A program made the translations under genes and the position numbers. Source: Verrucomicrobiota bacterium (lineage in GTDB: Bacteria > Verrucomicrobiota > Verrucomicrobiia > Limisphaerales > DSYF01). Taken from it: 64,000 bases of DNA. How positions within the stretch are numbered: position 1 is the stretch's first letter; the number at the start of each line of letters is the position of its first letter. Shown here one piece after another: positions 1 through 8,485 of the stretch. Location of the stretch: positions 10,216 to 74,215 of the forward strand of contig JALOTZ010000005.1 of the NCBI GenBank assembly GCA_025457615.1, read 5' to 3'. The notes beneath the pieces are model-generated. The model saw nothing but the letters and a program-made list of their open reading frames with translations. It had not been told where the DNA came from and made no database searches.

Positions 1-115
1 GCCACTGTTGGGCGCCGATCAGTTGTTGTGTGGTCATGGTATTCATCTTCAGTTCAAGGCGGACTATGTAACACGGGTTTGGAATTCTGCAACCGGCAAG
101 CCGCCGCGCCGCAGT

Positions 116-1426
116 TCAGCGGACGCGCTTCAAGGTTGCCGCATAGGCGCCGTCCACCTGGTCGCGCATCGGGGTGGCCTCCTGCTGATCTTCGAGCGCG
201 AAGTCGGGGTGTCCGCTGAGGAAGCGCTGCACCAACTGGGCGTTTTCCTCCGGTTCCAGGCTGCAGGTGCTGTAAACGAGGCAGCCGCCCGGTTTCAGCC
301 GCTGGGCTGCCGCGTTGAGCAGTTGCAGTTGCGTGCCGGTGAGGCGCCGGACTTCCGCGGGCTGGATGCGCCACCGCAGGTCCACCCGCCGCCGCATCAC
401 CCCGGTGTTTGAGCAGGGTGCGTCCACCAGCACCCGGTCAAAGGGAGCCCCGGGGATGCCGGCCTGAGGATCGGACACCTGCCCGATCTGAACGGGTTCG
501 ATGCAGGCAACGCCGAGGCGGGTGGTATTTTCCTGGAGAAGCTGCAGCCGTTTGGCGGATGAATCACACGCCACGATGCGGCCCTCGCCCTTCATCATTT
601 GCGCCAGGAAGGTGGTCTTGCCGCCGGGTGCGGCACACAAATCGAGCACCGACTCGCCGGGTTGCGGATCGAGGAGGAGCGGTGCCAGCAGCGTGCTGGG
701 GTCCTGCACATAGAACCAACCGTCCCGGAAGCTGCCCAGCTTGATGAGGGGAGGATGGGTTCGCAACCGGAACACCAGATTCTCCGGCAGCCAGTCGCGC
801 CTGATGAAATCGTATTCCACGTTTTCGAGACGCCAGCGTTCCAGGAGCCGGCCGGGATCGGTCTTCAACGTGTTCACCCGCGCGCAGGTGTCGGCCGGGG
901 TGTTGTTCCATTCGAGCAGGGCCACCGCCTCCTTCCGCCCGTGGTTGGCGGTCCAGCGGTCCACCAACCAGGCCGGATGCGACCAGCCGAGGTCGGGCTG
1001 CGAGGCTTTGAGGTCCTCCAGCAATTTCCGCGCGGAATCCCGTTCGCGTGCGTAGGCCCGCAGCATGGCATTTACAAAGCCGGATTGCGGACCGCAACCC
1101 AGTTGCCGGGCCAGCTCGACCGATTCATTGACGGCGGCATGAGGCGGAATGCGGTCCAGCCAAAGCAGTTGGTACAGCCCGAGGCGCAGGAGCACGCGGA
1201 CGGGTGGCTTTTGTTCACGTCCGCCGCTGCGCCGGCCGATCAGCCAATCCAGCGTGCCCTGCCAGCGAACGCACCCCAAACCCAGTTCCCGGCAGAGGGC
1301 ACGGTCGGATGGCAGGAGCCGCGCCTCATCGATGGCGCGATCCAGCAACGGCTCAATAAAATCCGCTCCGCGCTCCCGCTGGAGGAGGGCGGAGGCCGCG
1401 GCGCTTCGAGGGGTGGGCACAAGCAC
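116..1426 (-). CDS. rsmB: 16S rRNA (cytosine-C5)-methyltransferase RsmB/Sun
   Basis: Lower part of ORF 116..2350(-). NusB-like N-domain followed by SAM-MTase motifs DLCAAPGGKT, DRVLVDAPCSNTG and VYSTCSLEPEEN. The upper part of the ORF is antisense to the next gene, so the start is placed at in-frame GTG 1426 (alternative GTG 1420). Confidence 0.85.
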   Translation of the reverse strand: MLVPTPRSAAASALLQRERGADFIEPLLDRAIDEARLLPSDRALCRELGLGCVRWQGTLDWLIGRRSGGREQKPPVRVLLRLGLYQLLWLDRIPPHAAVNESVELARQLGCGPQSGFVNAMLRAYARERDSARKLLEDLKASQPDLGWSHPAWLVDRWTANHGRKEAVALLEWNNTPADTCARVNTLKTDPGRLLERWRLENVEYDFIRRDWLPENLVFRLRTHPPLIKLGSFRDGWFYVQDPSTLLAPLLLDPQPGESVLDLCAAPGGKTTFLAQMMKGEGRIVACDSSAKRLQLLQENTTRLGVACIEPVQIGQVSDPQAGIPGAPFDRVLVDAPCSNTGVMRRRVDLRWRIQPAEVRRLTGTQLQLLNAAAQRLKPGGCLVYSTCSLEPEENAQLVQRFLSGHPDFALEDQQEATPMRDQVDGAYAATLKRVR

Positions 1427-1477
1427 AGAGGGAATTAATGCTTTTCCAGTCTCGGGAGCGAGCCTAAGATAGGGTCT

Positions 1478-3352
1478 ATGCGCGAAGAACTGGAGAAAAT
1501 GGTGGCGGCGGGAAAGATCGACCAACGCCATGTGGAGCCGCTGATGCAGCTCACCGACAGCGGCTTCTGCATGCATCGAAGCTGGGGTTTTGGGCGCATC
1601 CGCACGGTGGACACCGTGTTCGGCCGGTTCACCATTGATTTTCCGGGCCGGGAAGGGCATGCGATGGACCTGTCCTTCGCGGTGGAAGCCCTCAAGCCGA
1701 TCCCCAAGGATCACATTCTGGCCCTCAAGGCGTCCGAACCGGACCGGCTCAAGCAACTGGCGGCGACGAATCATCTGGAGCTGGTCAAGCTCGTGCTCCG
1801 CAGCTACGGCGGCAAAGCCACATTGGACCAGGTCCAGCAGGCCTTGGTGCCGGAGGTCATCAGTGAGGATTGGAAGAAGTGGTGGGAGGCCGCCCGGCAT
1901 GAGCTCAAGAAGGATGGACACTTCCAAATCCCTGCCAAGAAGAGCGAGCCCATTGTTTATCAGGCAGCCGAGACTTCCCTCCACAACCAACTGATCGAGG
2001 CGTTCCGGTCCGCGAAAGGTCTGAAGGCGCGCGTGGCGGTGGCGTCGGAAGCGGTCCGCAGTGCGGAGGACCTCACCGGGGTGGAACCGTTGGCGGCCGA
2101 GATGATCTCGACGCTGAACAAGGAGATTGCTTCCCACCAGCGCACCAAACCGGACGTGGCCCTGGAGGCGGTGTTTGCCCGGGACGATCTGCGCGCCCTG
2201 GTCAAGCTGCCTCCCGAGGAGGGGGAAGTGACGGCCACGTCCATCTGGCGGCAGGAAATCATCTTTGCCGACGTGCTGGATGCCATCCCGGCGGCCAAGC
2301 AACGTCGGGCCATCGAATCCTACAAGGAAGCCAACCCGGCGAACTGGCACGAGGTCGTGTTGTTATCGCTCAACGCCATTTCTGCCCGTCTCTGCAAGGA
2401 ACTGGTGACCGTGTTGATCCACGACGGGCACATGGCTGAACTCAAGGAAGTGCTGGCCCGGCTGATCAGCCAGCACTCGGCCAGCAGCGAACTTCTGCTC
2501 TGGCTGGGCAAGGAACGCAGTGACGCGTTCGCCGACATCCTTGGCCCGGAGGTGTTCCGGGCCATGATCAGCGCGATGGAGCGCGACCAGTTCAACGAGA
2601 AGCGCTCGAACCGGCTGCGTGACTTCATCATGGGGGATGCCGAGTTGCTGGCCGATCTCACGGCGGCGGCGGACATGGACGTAATCCGCGACGTGACGCG
2701 CGGGCTGCAATTCTCCACCGTGTTCGACGACATGGACAAGCGGTCCCTGCTGGCTCGCCTGGTCAAGAGTCATCCCTCCGTTCAATCTTTGATCTCCGGG
2801 GAGCAGACCAAGCAGGACAACGCCCTGCTGGTCTCCTGGGAGAGCCTGGAACGGCGGCGGGCCGAATATGCCGACCTGGTGCAGCGCAAAATCCCTGAGA
2901 ATTCCAAGGAGATCGCCATCGCCCGCAGCTACGGCGATTTGCGCGAGAACCACGAGTACAAGGCCGCCAAGGAAATGCAGAAGATACTCATGCGCCGCAA
3001 GGAGGAGCTGGAGGCCCAGTTGATCCGCGCCCGCGGCACCGACTTCGCCAACCCGCGCACGGATGTGGTCAGCATCGGCACCGTCGTCCATGCCATGGAT
3101 CTGGAAGGAAGCCGGCAGGAAACTTTCATCATTTTGGGGGCTTGGGACAGCGACCCGGACCAGGGGATCATCAGCTACCTTTCTCCCGTCGCCCAGGCGC
3201 TCCTCAACAAGTCACCCGGGGAGCAGGTCGAGTTCGAGGTGCATGGGGAGCGGCATCATCACCGGATCGACCGGATCGAGCAGTTCAAGGGCGGTACGAT
3301 GTCCAAGACAGCATCGGCAGCGGAGACGCCGGAGTCTGTTTCCGCCCACTGA
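1478..3352 (+). CDS. GreA/GreB-family transcript cleavage factor with a long N-terminal extension
   Basis: The C-terminal ~170 aa carry the Gre coiled-coil tip motif (YGDLRENHEYKAAKE) and an FKBP-like C-domain (VSIGTVV...ILGAWDSDP...ISYLSPVAQALL). The N-terminal ~450 aa have no motif I recognise. Confidence 0.75.
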   Translation: MREELEKMVAAGKIDQRHVEPLMQLTDSGFCMHRSWGFGRIRTVDTVFGRFTIDFPGREGHAMDLSFAVEALKPIPKDHILALKASEPDRLKQLAATNHLELVKLVLRSYGGKATLDQVQQALVPEVISEDWKKWWEAARHELKKDGHFQIPAKKSEPIVYQAAETSLHNQLIEAFRSAKGLKARVAVASEAVRSAEDLTGVEPLAAEMISTLNKEIASHQRTKPDVALEAVFARDDLRALVKLPPEEGEVTATSIWRQEIIFADVLDAIPAAKQRRAIESYKEANPANWHEVVLLSLNAISARLCKELVTVLIHDGHMAELKEVLARLISQHSASSELLLWLGKERSDAFADILGPEVFRAMISAMERDQFNEKRSNRLRDFIMGDAELLADLTAAADMDVIRDVTRGLQFSTVFDDMDKRSLLARLVKSHPSVQSLISGEQTKQDNALLVSWESLERRRAEYADLVQRKIPENSKEIAIARSYGDLRENHEYKAAKEMQKILMRRKEELEAQLIRARGTDFANPRTDVVSIGTVVHAMDLEGSRQETFIILGAWDSDPDQGIISYLSPVAQALLNKSPGEQVEFEVHGERHHHRIDRIEQFKGGTMSKTASAAETPESVSAH

Positions 3353-3377
3353 GGCGCCTGGAGGAAGGCGGTCGAGG

Positions 3378-4493
3378 CTACTCGGAGTCACTCCGCTTGT
3401 CCATGGATCGGGTGATCAGGCTGGTCTGTGGTTTCGACCGCCGCCTCATCCACATCATCCCCCCGGCGACAACAGCCACCGCCGCCAGTCCGCCTCCCAG
3501 CACAAGGAACGCTGCCGGCACCGCGGAACGTGGTCCGGCCTCCTGCCCGGATGCCGGGATGGGCGTCCGGGTTTCCCGTTGCATGACCGGATCCTGTCCA
3601 TCGGCAACCGGGCCGGCTGGGGCTGGAGAAGGCTTGGCCTGGCCGAGGTCCGGCGCGAAGCCGTTGGTCGAGGCCACCGCAGGAGCCGCTGCGGCCGCGG
3701 TCGCAGGTTCCGGAGGCAACGCGCTGGTCTGCCGGCGGGTGCCGCTCACGATCAAGGGTTCGGCAAAGACGATCGGGCCGCGGTTGGTGGTCACCAGGGT
3801 CCTGGACAGGTCCGGTTCCGGTGCGGGGTTGTTGGTCCAGGCCACCCCGAGCGGCTCGGGCCTCGGTTCGGGAGGAAAGGCGGGGAACTCCACGGGCCAG
3901 GGCGGATAGCTGATCCAGTACCCGATCAGACTCCCCCGCGAGCCGCGCAGGACGGTGATGATGGGCAACTGCTTCTGCTTTCGGACGTCCTCATGTTCCA
4001 GAAGGGAACTCTCAATCGCCTCGTCAAAGGGCGTTCCTCGAATCACCTCGTGGCCATCCCCGAGGAGAATCACGGTGATGCGGCGGGATTCCGATACCAG
4101 CGCCAGCACCTCCGGCATGACTTTGGAGAAGTCCGCCGTCCGGCTGTAGCGCTGTTGCTCCACGAACTCCAGGACGCGGCGGGCGATCTGATTGCGGTTG
4201 TCCCCGTCCCACGCCAGCAACTCGAACTCCCCGGTGTGCAACGTGTCGTTGAAGGTCCAGAACCCGAGTTGATCCCCGTTCCGAATCTCCCCATGCATTC
4301 CGGACGCCAGCAGGTCTGTGAGCGTCTTCTGCACCACCGAGGCCCGCGTTCGCATGCTGGTGGAAATGTTCAGAATGAACAGGTATCGGTCCGGTATTTG
4401 CCCGGGGGCGTTCGTATCGAGGCTGGCGGCCAGGCTGGAGACGGACGGCACCAGGAGCCAGAGCGCGGTGACCAGTGAGGTGGCAATCTTCAT
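3378..4493 (-). CDS. exported, C-terminally membrane-anchored vWA-like protein
   Basis: Start placed at MKIATSLVTALWLL, which gives a signal peptide. vWA-like core with a degenerate MIDAS (ILNISTSM) and the VILLGDG strand, then a Pro-rich linker and a C-terminal TM helix followed by RRRSK. The start codon overlaps the upstream stop as ATGA. Confidence 0.6.
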   Translation of the reverse strand: MKIATSLVTALWLLVPSVSSLAASLDTNAPGQIPDRYLFILNISTSMRTRASVVQKTLTDLLASGMHGEIRNGDQLGFWTFNDTLHTGEFELLAWDGDNRNQIARRVLEFVEQQRYSRTADFSKVMPEVLALVSESRRITVILLGDGHEVIRGTPFDEAIESSLLEHEDVRKQKQLPIITVLRGSRGSLIGYWISYPPWPVEFPAFPPEPRPEPLGVAWTNNPAPEPDLSRTLVTTNRGPIVFAEPLIVSGTRRQTSALPPEPATAAAAAPAVASTNGFAPDLGQAKPSPAPAGPVADGQDPVMQRETRTPIPASGQEAGPRSAVPAAFLVLGGGLAAVAVVAGGMMWMRRRSKPQTSLITRSMDKRSDSE

Positions 4494-4996
4494 GGTTTTC
4501 CAGGGGAGGCCAGCCGGGCCGAGGTACCGCGGGCGGCGTGATACCGCGAACGCTCCCGCCGGTTGTGGCGCTGGACGTCGTCGGCCAATCCCGCCAGTGT
4601 CGCTTCCACCGTGTGTCTGAAGCAGTCGCACGATTCGGCCAGGCCGCCCATGTGGATCACCAGATTGCGTTCGGCCAGGTCATTGGTGACCGCCAGCACT
4701 TCCCCGTAGTCCTGAAACCGATAGGCCGCCCGTTCAATCATGTCATCGGCCGTCCGCCCATCGCGGGAGTAAAGCACCTCCACCTGGCGGGAGCTGTGCG
4801 CCTTGGGGGTGTGGGCCGGCGCACCCGTCCCGTCGAAAAAAATCGTGATGGGGATGCCCACGGCATCCTGGTAATGCGTGAGCGTCTGGATGAGCGCATC
4901 CCGAGCCGCGGCGGAATGGCGCGGCTTCCCCGCCGCCAGCTCCACCCAGTCGTGCAGCAGGCTGTAGCCGTCCACCAAAATGCGCACCAACGCCAT
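4490..4996 (-). CDS. NYN/YacP-like (PIN-fold) predicted RNase
   Basis: N-terminus ILVDGYSLLH is typical of the YacP/Rae1-like NYN domain (DUF901 type). 168 aa. Confidence 0.6.
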   Translation of the reverse strand: MALVRILVDGYSLLHDWVELAAGKPRHSAAARDALIQTLTHYQDAVGIPITIFFDGTGAPAHTPKAHSSRQVEVLYSRDGRTADDMIERAAYRFQDYGEVLAVTNDLAERNLVIHMGGLAESCDCFRHTVEATLAGLADDVQRHNRRERSRYHAARGTSARLASPGKP

Positions 4997-5229
4997 GGGG
5001 GCAGGATAGCCTCACCCCTCCGCATGTCGAATCCCAAACCCCCGGCATCCACGCGCGCAACCTTGCGCGCCGCGCTCCACTCCAAAGATCCGGCTTCGAG
5101 GACATGAGCCGGCCCCGCCTGGGCCTGGACCGGCAGGATGACACCTGAAACGTTTCCCCGGCCCCCTGGTTCAAGGAACCTTGCGAATCCATCCGTGACG
5201 ACCACCGGTTCCTGTGGCATGGGTAGTCC

Positions 5230-5505
5230 ATGGCTCGACTCAAAGGTCCGGAAATCAAGAAGGCACTGACCCGCTTGCCCGGGTGGAAGCGGGCGGGGGC
5301 GACCATCTCGCGTACCTACGCGTTCGCGGATTTCCCCGCAGCGATCCGCTTCGTGAACCAGGTGGCGAGCCTGGCGGAACAGGCGTGGCATCACCCCGAC
5401 ATTGAGATTCGCTGGAACCGGGTCACGCTGACGCTGACCACGCACGACGAGGGCGGTCTGACCCCGAAGGACTTCCGATTGGCCCGAAAGTTTGATCGGG
5501 CTTGA
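5230..5505 (+). CDS. phhB: pterin-4-alpha-carbinolamine dehydratase
   Basis: 91 aa. Motifs LPGW...F.F.DF..A..F...VA..AE...HHPD and LTTHD are characteristic of PCD/DCoH. Confidence 0.85.
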   Translation: MARLKGPEIKKALTRLPGWKRAGATISRTYAFADFPAAIRFVNQVASLAEQAWHHPDIEIRWNRVTLTLTTHDEGGLTPKDFRLARKFDRA

Positions 5506-5512
5506 GGAACGG

Positions 5513-6064
5513 TCAATTCCCTGCCCGCAGGTTTCCGAGGCAGGAGGCGACCAGGGTGTTGACCTTCTCGGCCCGGTTCTCCGGGTTGACGTCGCGCACG
5601 TCCAGGCGGGCGTAGGATCGGAACAGCAGTTTGGAATCCCGCGAGTCCACCACGTCAATGACGATCGCCCCGATTTCGAACAGGTTGCGATCGCTGCGCT
5701 TGGACACCGCCTTGTGCGCCTTCTCGGCCACGGCTTCCGCGTCGCGTCCGTATCCGAAGTATTCGTCATAGGTGGCGGTCGTGGCGTTGTCCGCCACAAT
5801 GACCATGTAACCCACCTGCACCTCGCCGCCGGTCGGCACCCCCCGCAGTCCCCTCTGGGCCAGTTGAGCCCCGATGGCGTCTTGGATCTGCCGGTGGATT
5901 TCCTGGCGACGTTCGTTCACCACCACGCTGGCCGGGGCCTTGGAAGGCATCAGGGAGTAGGTGCCCGCGCGCACCGGTCCATGATTGACCTGGCTGGGAA
6001 CGGACGAACAACCGGCAACCCCCGCCACGCAGGCGGCCACGAGGATCGAAGACATCAGATTCAT
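5513..6064 (-). CDS. DUF4136-like lipoprotein
   Basis: Start placed at MNLMSSILVAACVAGVAGC (lipobox). The C-terminal IGAIVIDVVDSRDSKLLFRSYA resembles the DUF4136 signature. Confidence 0.55.
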   Translation of the reverse strand: MNLMSSILVAACVAGVAGCSSVPSQVNHGPVRAGTYSLMPSKAPASVVVNERRQEIHRQIQDAIGAQLAQRGLRGVPTGGEVQVGYMVIVADNATTATYDEYFGYGRDAEAVAEKAHKAVSKRSDRNLFEIGAIVIDVVDSRDSKLLFRSYARLDVRDVNPENRAEKVNTLVASCLGNLRAGN

Positions 6065-6240
6065 GGACGGACCTTTAGGCGGCGGCGGCGCGAAAGTCAA
6101 TACGGGGACCGAGGCTCAGAGGCCCGCCAGGCGTCCCCGCCGGTTCCCCCATTCGCCGAGCCGCCCGGTGCGTGCTATCCTGCCCCGAGAGCCACACCAC
6201 ACTTCGCAGGCAACACGGCACAACGGAAGGGGGTGATTGG

Positions 6241-6639
6241 ATGAAAGCGCGAACAGGAAAGGAAGTCACGGTTCGGGTGCACAATGAGATCGGCGTGCTG
6301 GCCCAACTGGCGCGGATCGTTGCAGACAAGGGGATCAATATCCTGGCGGTTTGTGCCTGGGTGGAAGGGCCGGATGCGGTCGTTCGGATGATCACCAACG
6401 ACAACCTGCGCGTCATGGATGCGCTGCGGGAGAGGCATTACAACCCGCGGGAGAGCGGCGTGGTGCTGATGGAAAGCGGACACAAACCCGGCATGCTCCG
6501 TCACATCACGGAGAAGCTGGCCGGGAAGAACATCGACCTGCACCACCTCTATGCCACGGCTCCGGATGACCAGAATCGGGTCCTCATGGCATTCGCATCC
6601 GCCAATAACGACCAGGCGATCGTCCTGTTGAACGACTGA
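6241..6639 (+). CDS. ACT domain-containing protein
   Basis: Two ACT-like repeats (VRVHNEIGVLAQLARIVADKGINI and GHKPGMLRHITEKLAGKNIDL). Start placed at MKARTGKE. Confidence 0.6.
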   Translation: MKARTGKEVTVRVHNEIGVLAQLARIVADKGINILAVCAWVEGPDAVVRMITNDNLRVMDALRERHYNPRESGVVLMESGHKPGMLRHITEKLAGKNIDLHHLYATAPDDQNRVLMAFASANNDQAIVLLND

Positions 6640-6743
6640 ACGGGACGGAGGCGCGTGCGATGGTTTGGCCGAAGGTGAAGAGAGGGTGTTTTGCACCCTG
6701 CGACTGCCGCACTCCACCGCAAGCGTGTTGAAGAGTGTCTGCG

Positions 6744-8210
6744 CTATTGGGTGAGGCGTTCGAGCTTGCGGAACGCGTTGTCCCAGACGCCGGCGTAGGG
6801 CTGCACCGTTTCGTAGCGCAGGACTTCGCCGACCAGTTTTCGACCGGCTTCGAGGGATTCGATGTGTTTCAACCCGATGGCCTGCACGAGGATGTTGCCG
6901 GCGGCGATGGTTTCCTGCGGACACAGGATGACGGGGACTTGGAGCGCGTTGGCGATGAAGTTGTTGAGCAGCGGATGCTTGGCTCCCCCGGTGCCGGCGA
7001 GCAGGTAAAGGCGGTCCAATCGTTGGCCCGTCACGGTCTCCATCTCCTGCATCGCCTTGCGGTAATAGAGCGCAATGCTTTCCAGGACACAGCGGATGAT
7101 GGCGCCGGGTTTGCGCGGGATCGGTTGACCGGAATCGCGGCAGAACGACTTGATTTTCTGCGGCATGTCGCCGGGAGTCAGGAAGGTCGGCGCGGTGGGG
7201 TTGATCAGGCATTCGAACGGTTCGGCCACGCCTGCCAGGTGCATCATCATCTCCAGGTCGAGGTCTTCGCCTCGTAGCGCCCAGTCGCGCCGGCATTCCT
7301 GAAGAATCCAGAAGCCCACGGTGGGTTTCCAAAAGCGGATGGTGCCCCCGTAACCGGCGTCATTGGTAAACCCGGCTTTCAGGGCGGTGTCGGTGAGAAG
7401 GGGCTGGAGCAGTTCGGTGCCGATGACCGAATGTGTGCCCATCTGGAGGAACGCCCAGCTCACCCCGGGTTCAACGGGGATCCCGGCCAACGTGGCAGCC
7501 ATCTCGTTCGAGCAGGACGTCACCACGTCCACATCCTCGATCCCCGTGGCTTCCGCGAGGTCCTGGCGCAACGGCCCGAGCACGGTGCCGCCCGGGACCA
7601 CTTGGGGGAAGATCTTCGCGGGCAGGCCCGTCTCGTAGAGCAAGCGCGCCGACCACGCCTTGTGTGTGGGACTGTAGAGCTGAGTGCTGCTGGCGGACGA
7701 CGCTTCCACGCGTGCCTCGCCGGAGAGCAGGTAGTTGAAGCCATCCGCGATGGGCAGGAGTTTGCCCGCCTTGGAGAGGCGGCGGGATTTCTCCGCGATC
7801 ACCTGGACCAGGGTGCTGTACGGGGTGGGCTGAACGCCGGTTTCCTCGTAGATCGTCTGCAAGGAAAGTTTGGCGAGCAACTGGTCCATGCTCTTGGCCA
7901 TCAACTTGGCGGGCGGCGAACCCACCGGCGTGATCAGGGCGCCGTCGGAATCAAACAGCAGGTAATCCTCACCCCACGAGCTGCAGCTCACCCCATTGAC
8001 GGTCTCCTGTGAACGCGCCACCTCGGTCAGCGAATCCGTGACCTGCTCGAACAGCGCGGGAATGTTCCACTGAACACTGTCCCCATCCCGGGTGGACGGG
8101 GTCGTGAACCGGCGCAGGGTGGAAATGTTCAAACGACCCTTGTCGAGGGTGCCCAGCGAGATTCGCCCGTGCTCCGCTCCAAGGTCGCAAGCCAGATACG
8201 ACGTGTGCAT
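6744..8210 (-). CDS. FGGY-family carbohydrate kinase (rhamnulokinase-like)
   Basis: 488 aa. N-terminal LACDLGAEHGR (actin-fold phosphate-1 motif) and overall FGGY layout. RhaB-like by length and motifs. Confidence 0.7.
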   Translation of the reverse strand: MHTSYLACDLGAEHGRISLGTLDKGRLNISTLRRFTTPSTRDGDSVQWNIPALFEQVTDSLTEVARSQETVNGVSCSSWGEDYLLFDSDGALITPVGSPPAKLMAKSMDQLLAKLSLQTIYEETGVQPTPYSTLVQVIAEKSRRLSKAGKLLPIADGFNYLLSGEARVEASSASSTQLYSPTHKAWSARLLYETGLPAKIFPQVVPGGTVLGPLRQDLAEATGIEDVDVVTSCSNEMAATLAGIPVEPGVSWAFLQMGTHSVIGTELLQPLLTDTALKAGFTNDAGYGGTIRFWKPTVGFWILQECRRDWALRGEDLDLEMMMHLAGVAEPFECLINPTAPTFLTPGDMPQKIKSFCRDSGQPIPRKPGAIIRCVLESIALYYRKAMQEMETVTGQRLDRLYLLAGTGGAKHPLLNNFIANALQVPVILCPQETIAAGNILVQAIGLKHIESLEAGRKLVGEVLRYETVQPYAGVWDNAFRKLERLTQ

Positions 8211-8485
8211 GATCCCTCCTGGGAAGCGTCAACTGTGCCAGACGGACGCGTCCGCGGCACACCAGACGCACAGTTCGCCGGGGTCCCGAGAACTCCCCCG
8301 GAGCACGACGGACGGAAGCCGTGGCGTGCCTGCCCGTTGCCCCTGTCCAGCGGGTCCGCCCGGGTGTCCAAGAACCGTGCAGCGGTCCAGGATGGCGGCT
8401 GATCGTGGCCGGGCCGCGCTGATCCCGCCGCCTGATCGTTTTCCTTTCGACGCGCCCCCTGGTCCTGTTACCGTCCAACCGCTCA

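Noticed and set aside
1-46. Possible start of a minus-strand gene (ATG at 46: MNTMTTQQLIGAQQW...) running off the left edge
   Set aside because: Only 15 codons are visible, with no motif. There is not enough evidence to call a CDS.
1427-2350. N-terminal 300-aa extension of the rsmB ORF. Similar upstream extensions occur on the ORFs for the vWA protein, YcfL, the TPR lipoprotein, GH13, parE, yidD, gmhB, PAP2 and uppS.
   Set aside because: The extensions overlap neighbouring genes or repeat elements. They lack motifs and precede obvious native N-termini (signal peptides, lipoboxes, conserved first motifs), so internal starts were chosen.
8244-8253. Perfect 10-bp palindrome GGACGCGTCC in the rhaB-like/mutS divergent spacer
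   Set aside because: My rough estimate is that dozens of 10-bp palindromes are expected by chance in 64 kb at this base composition. There is no second half-site or other supporting context.
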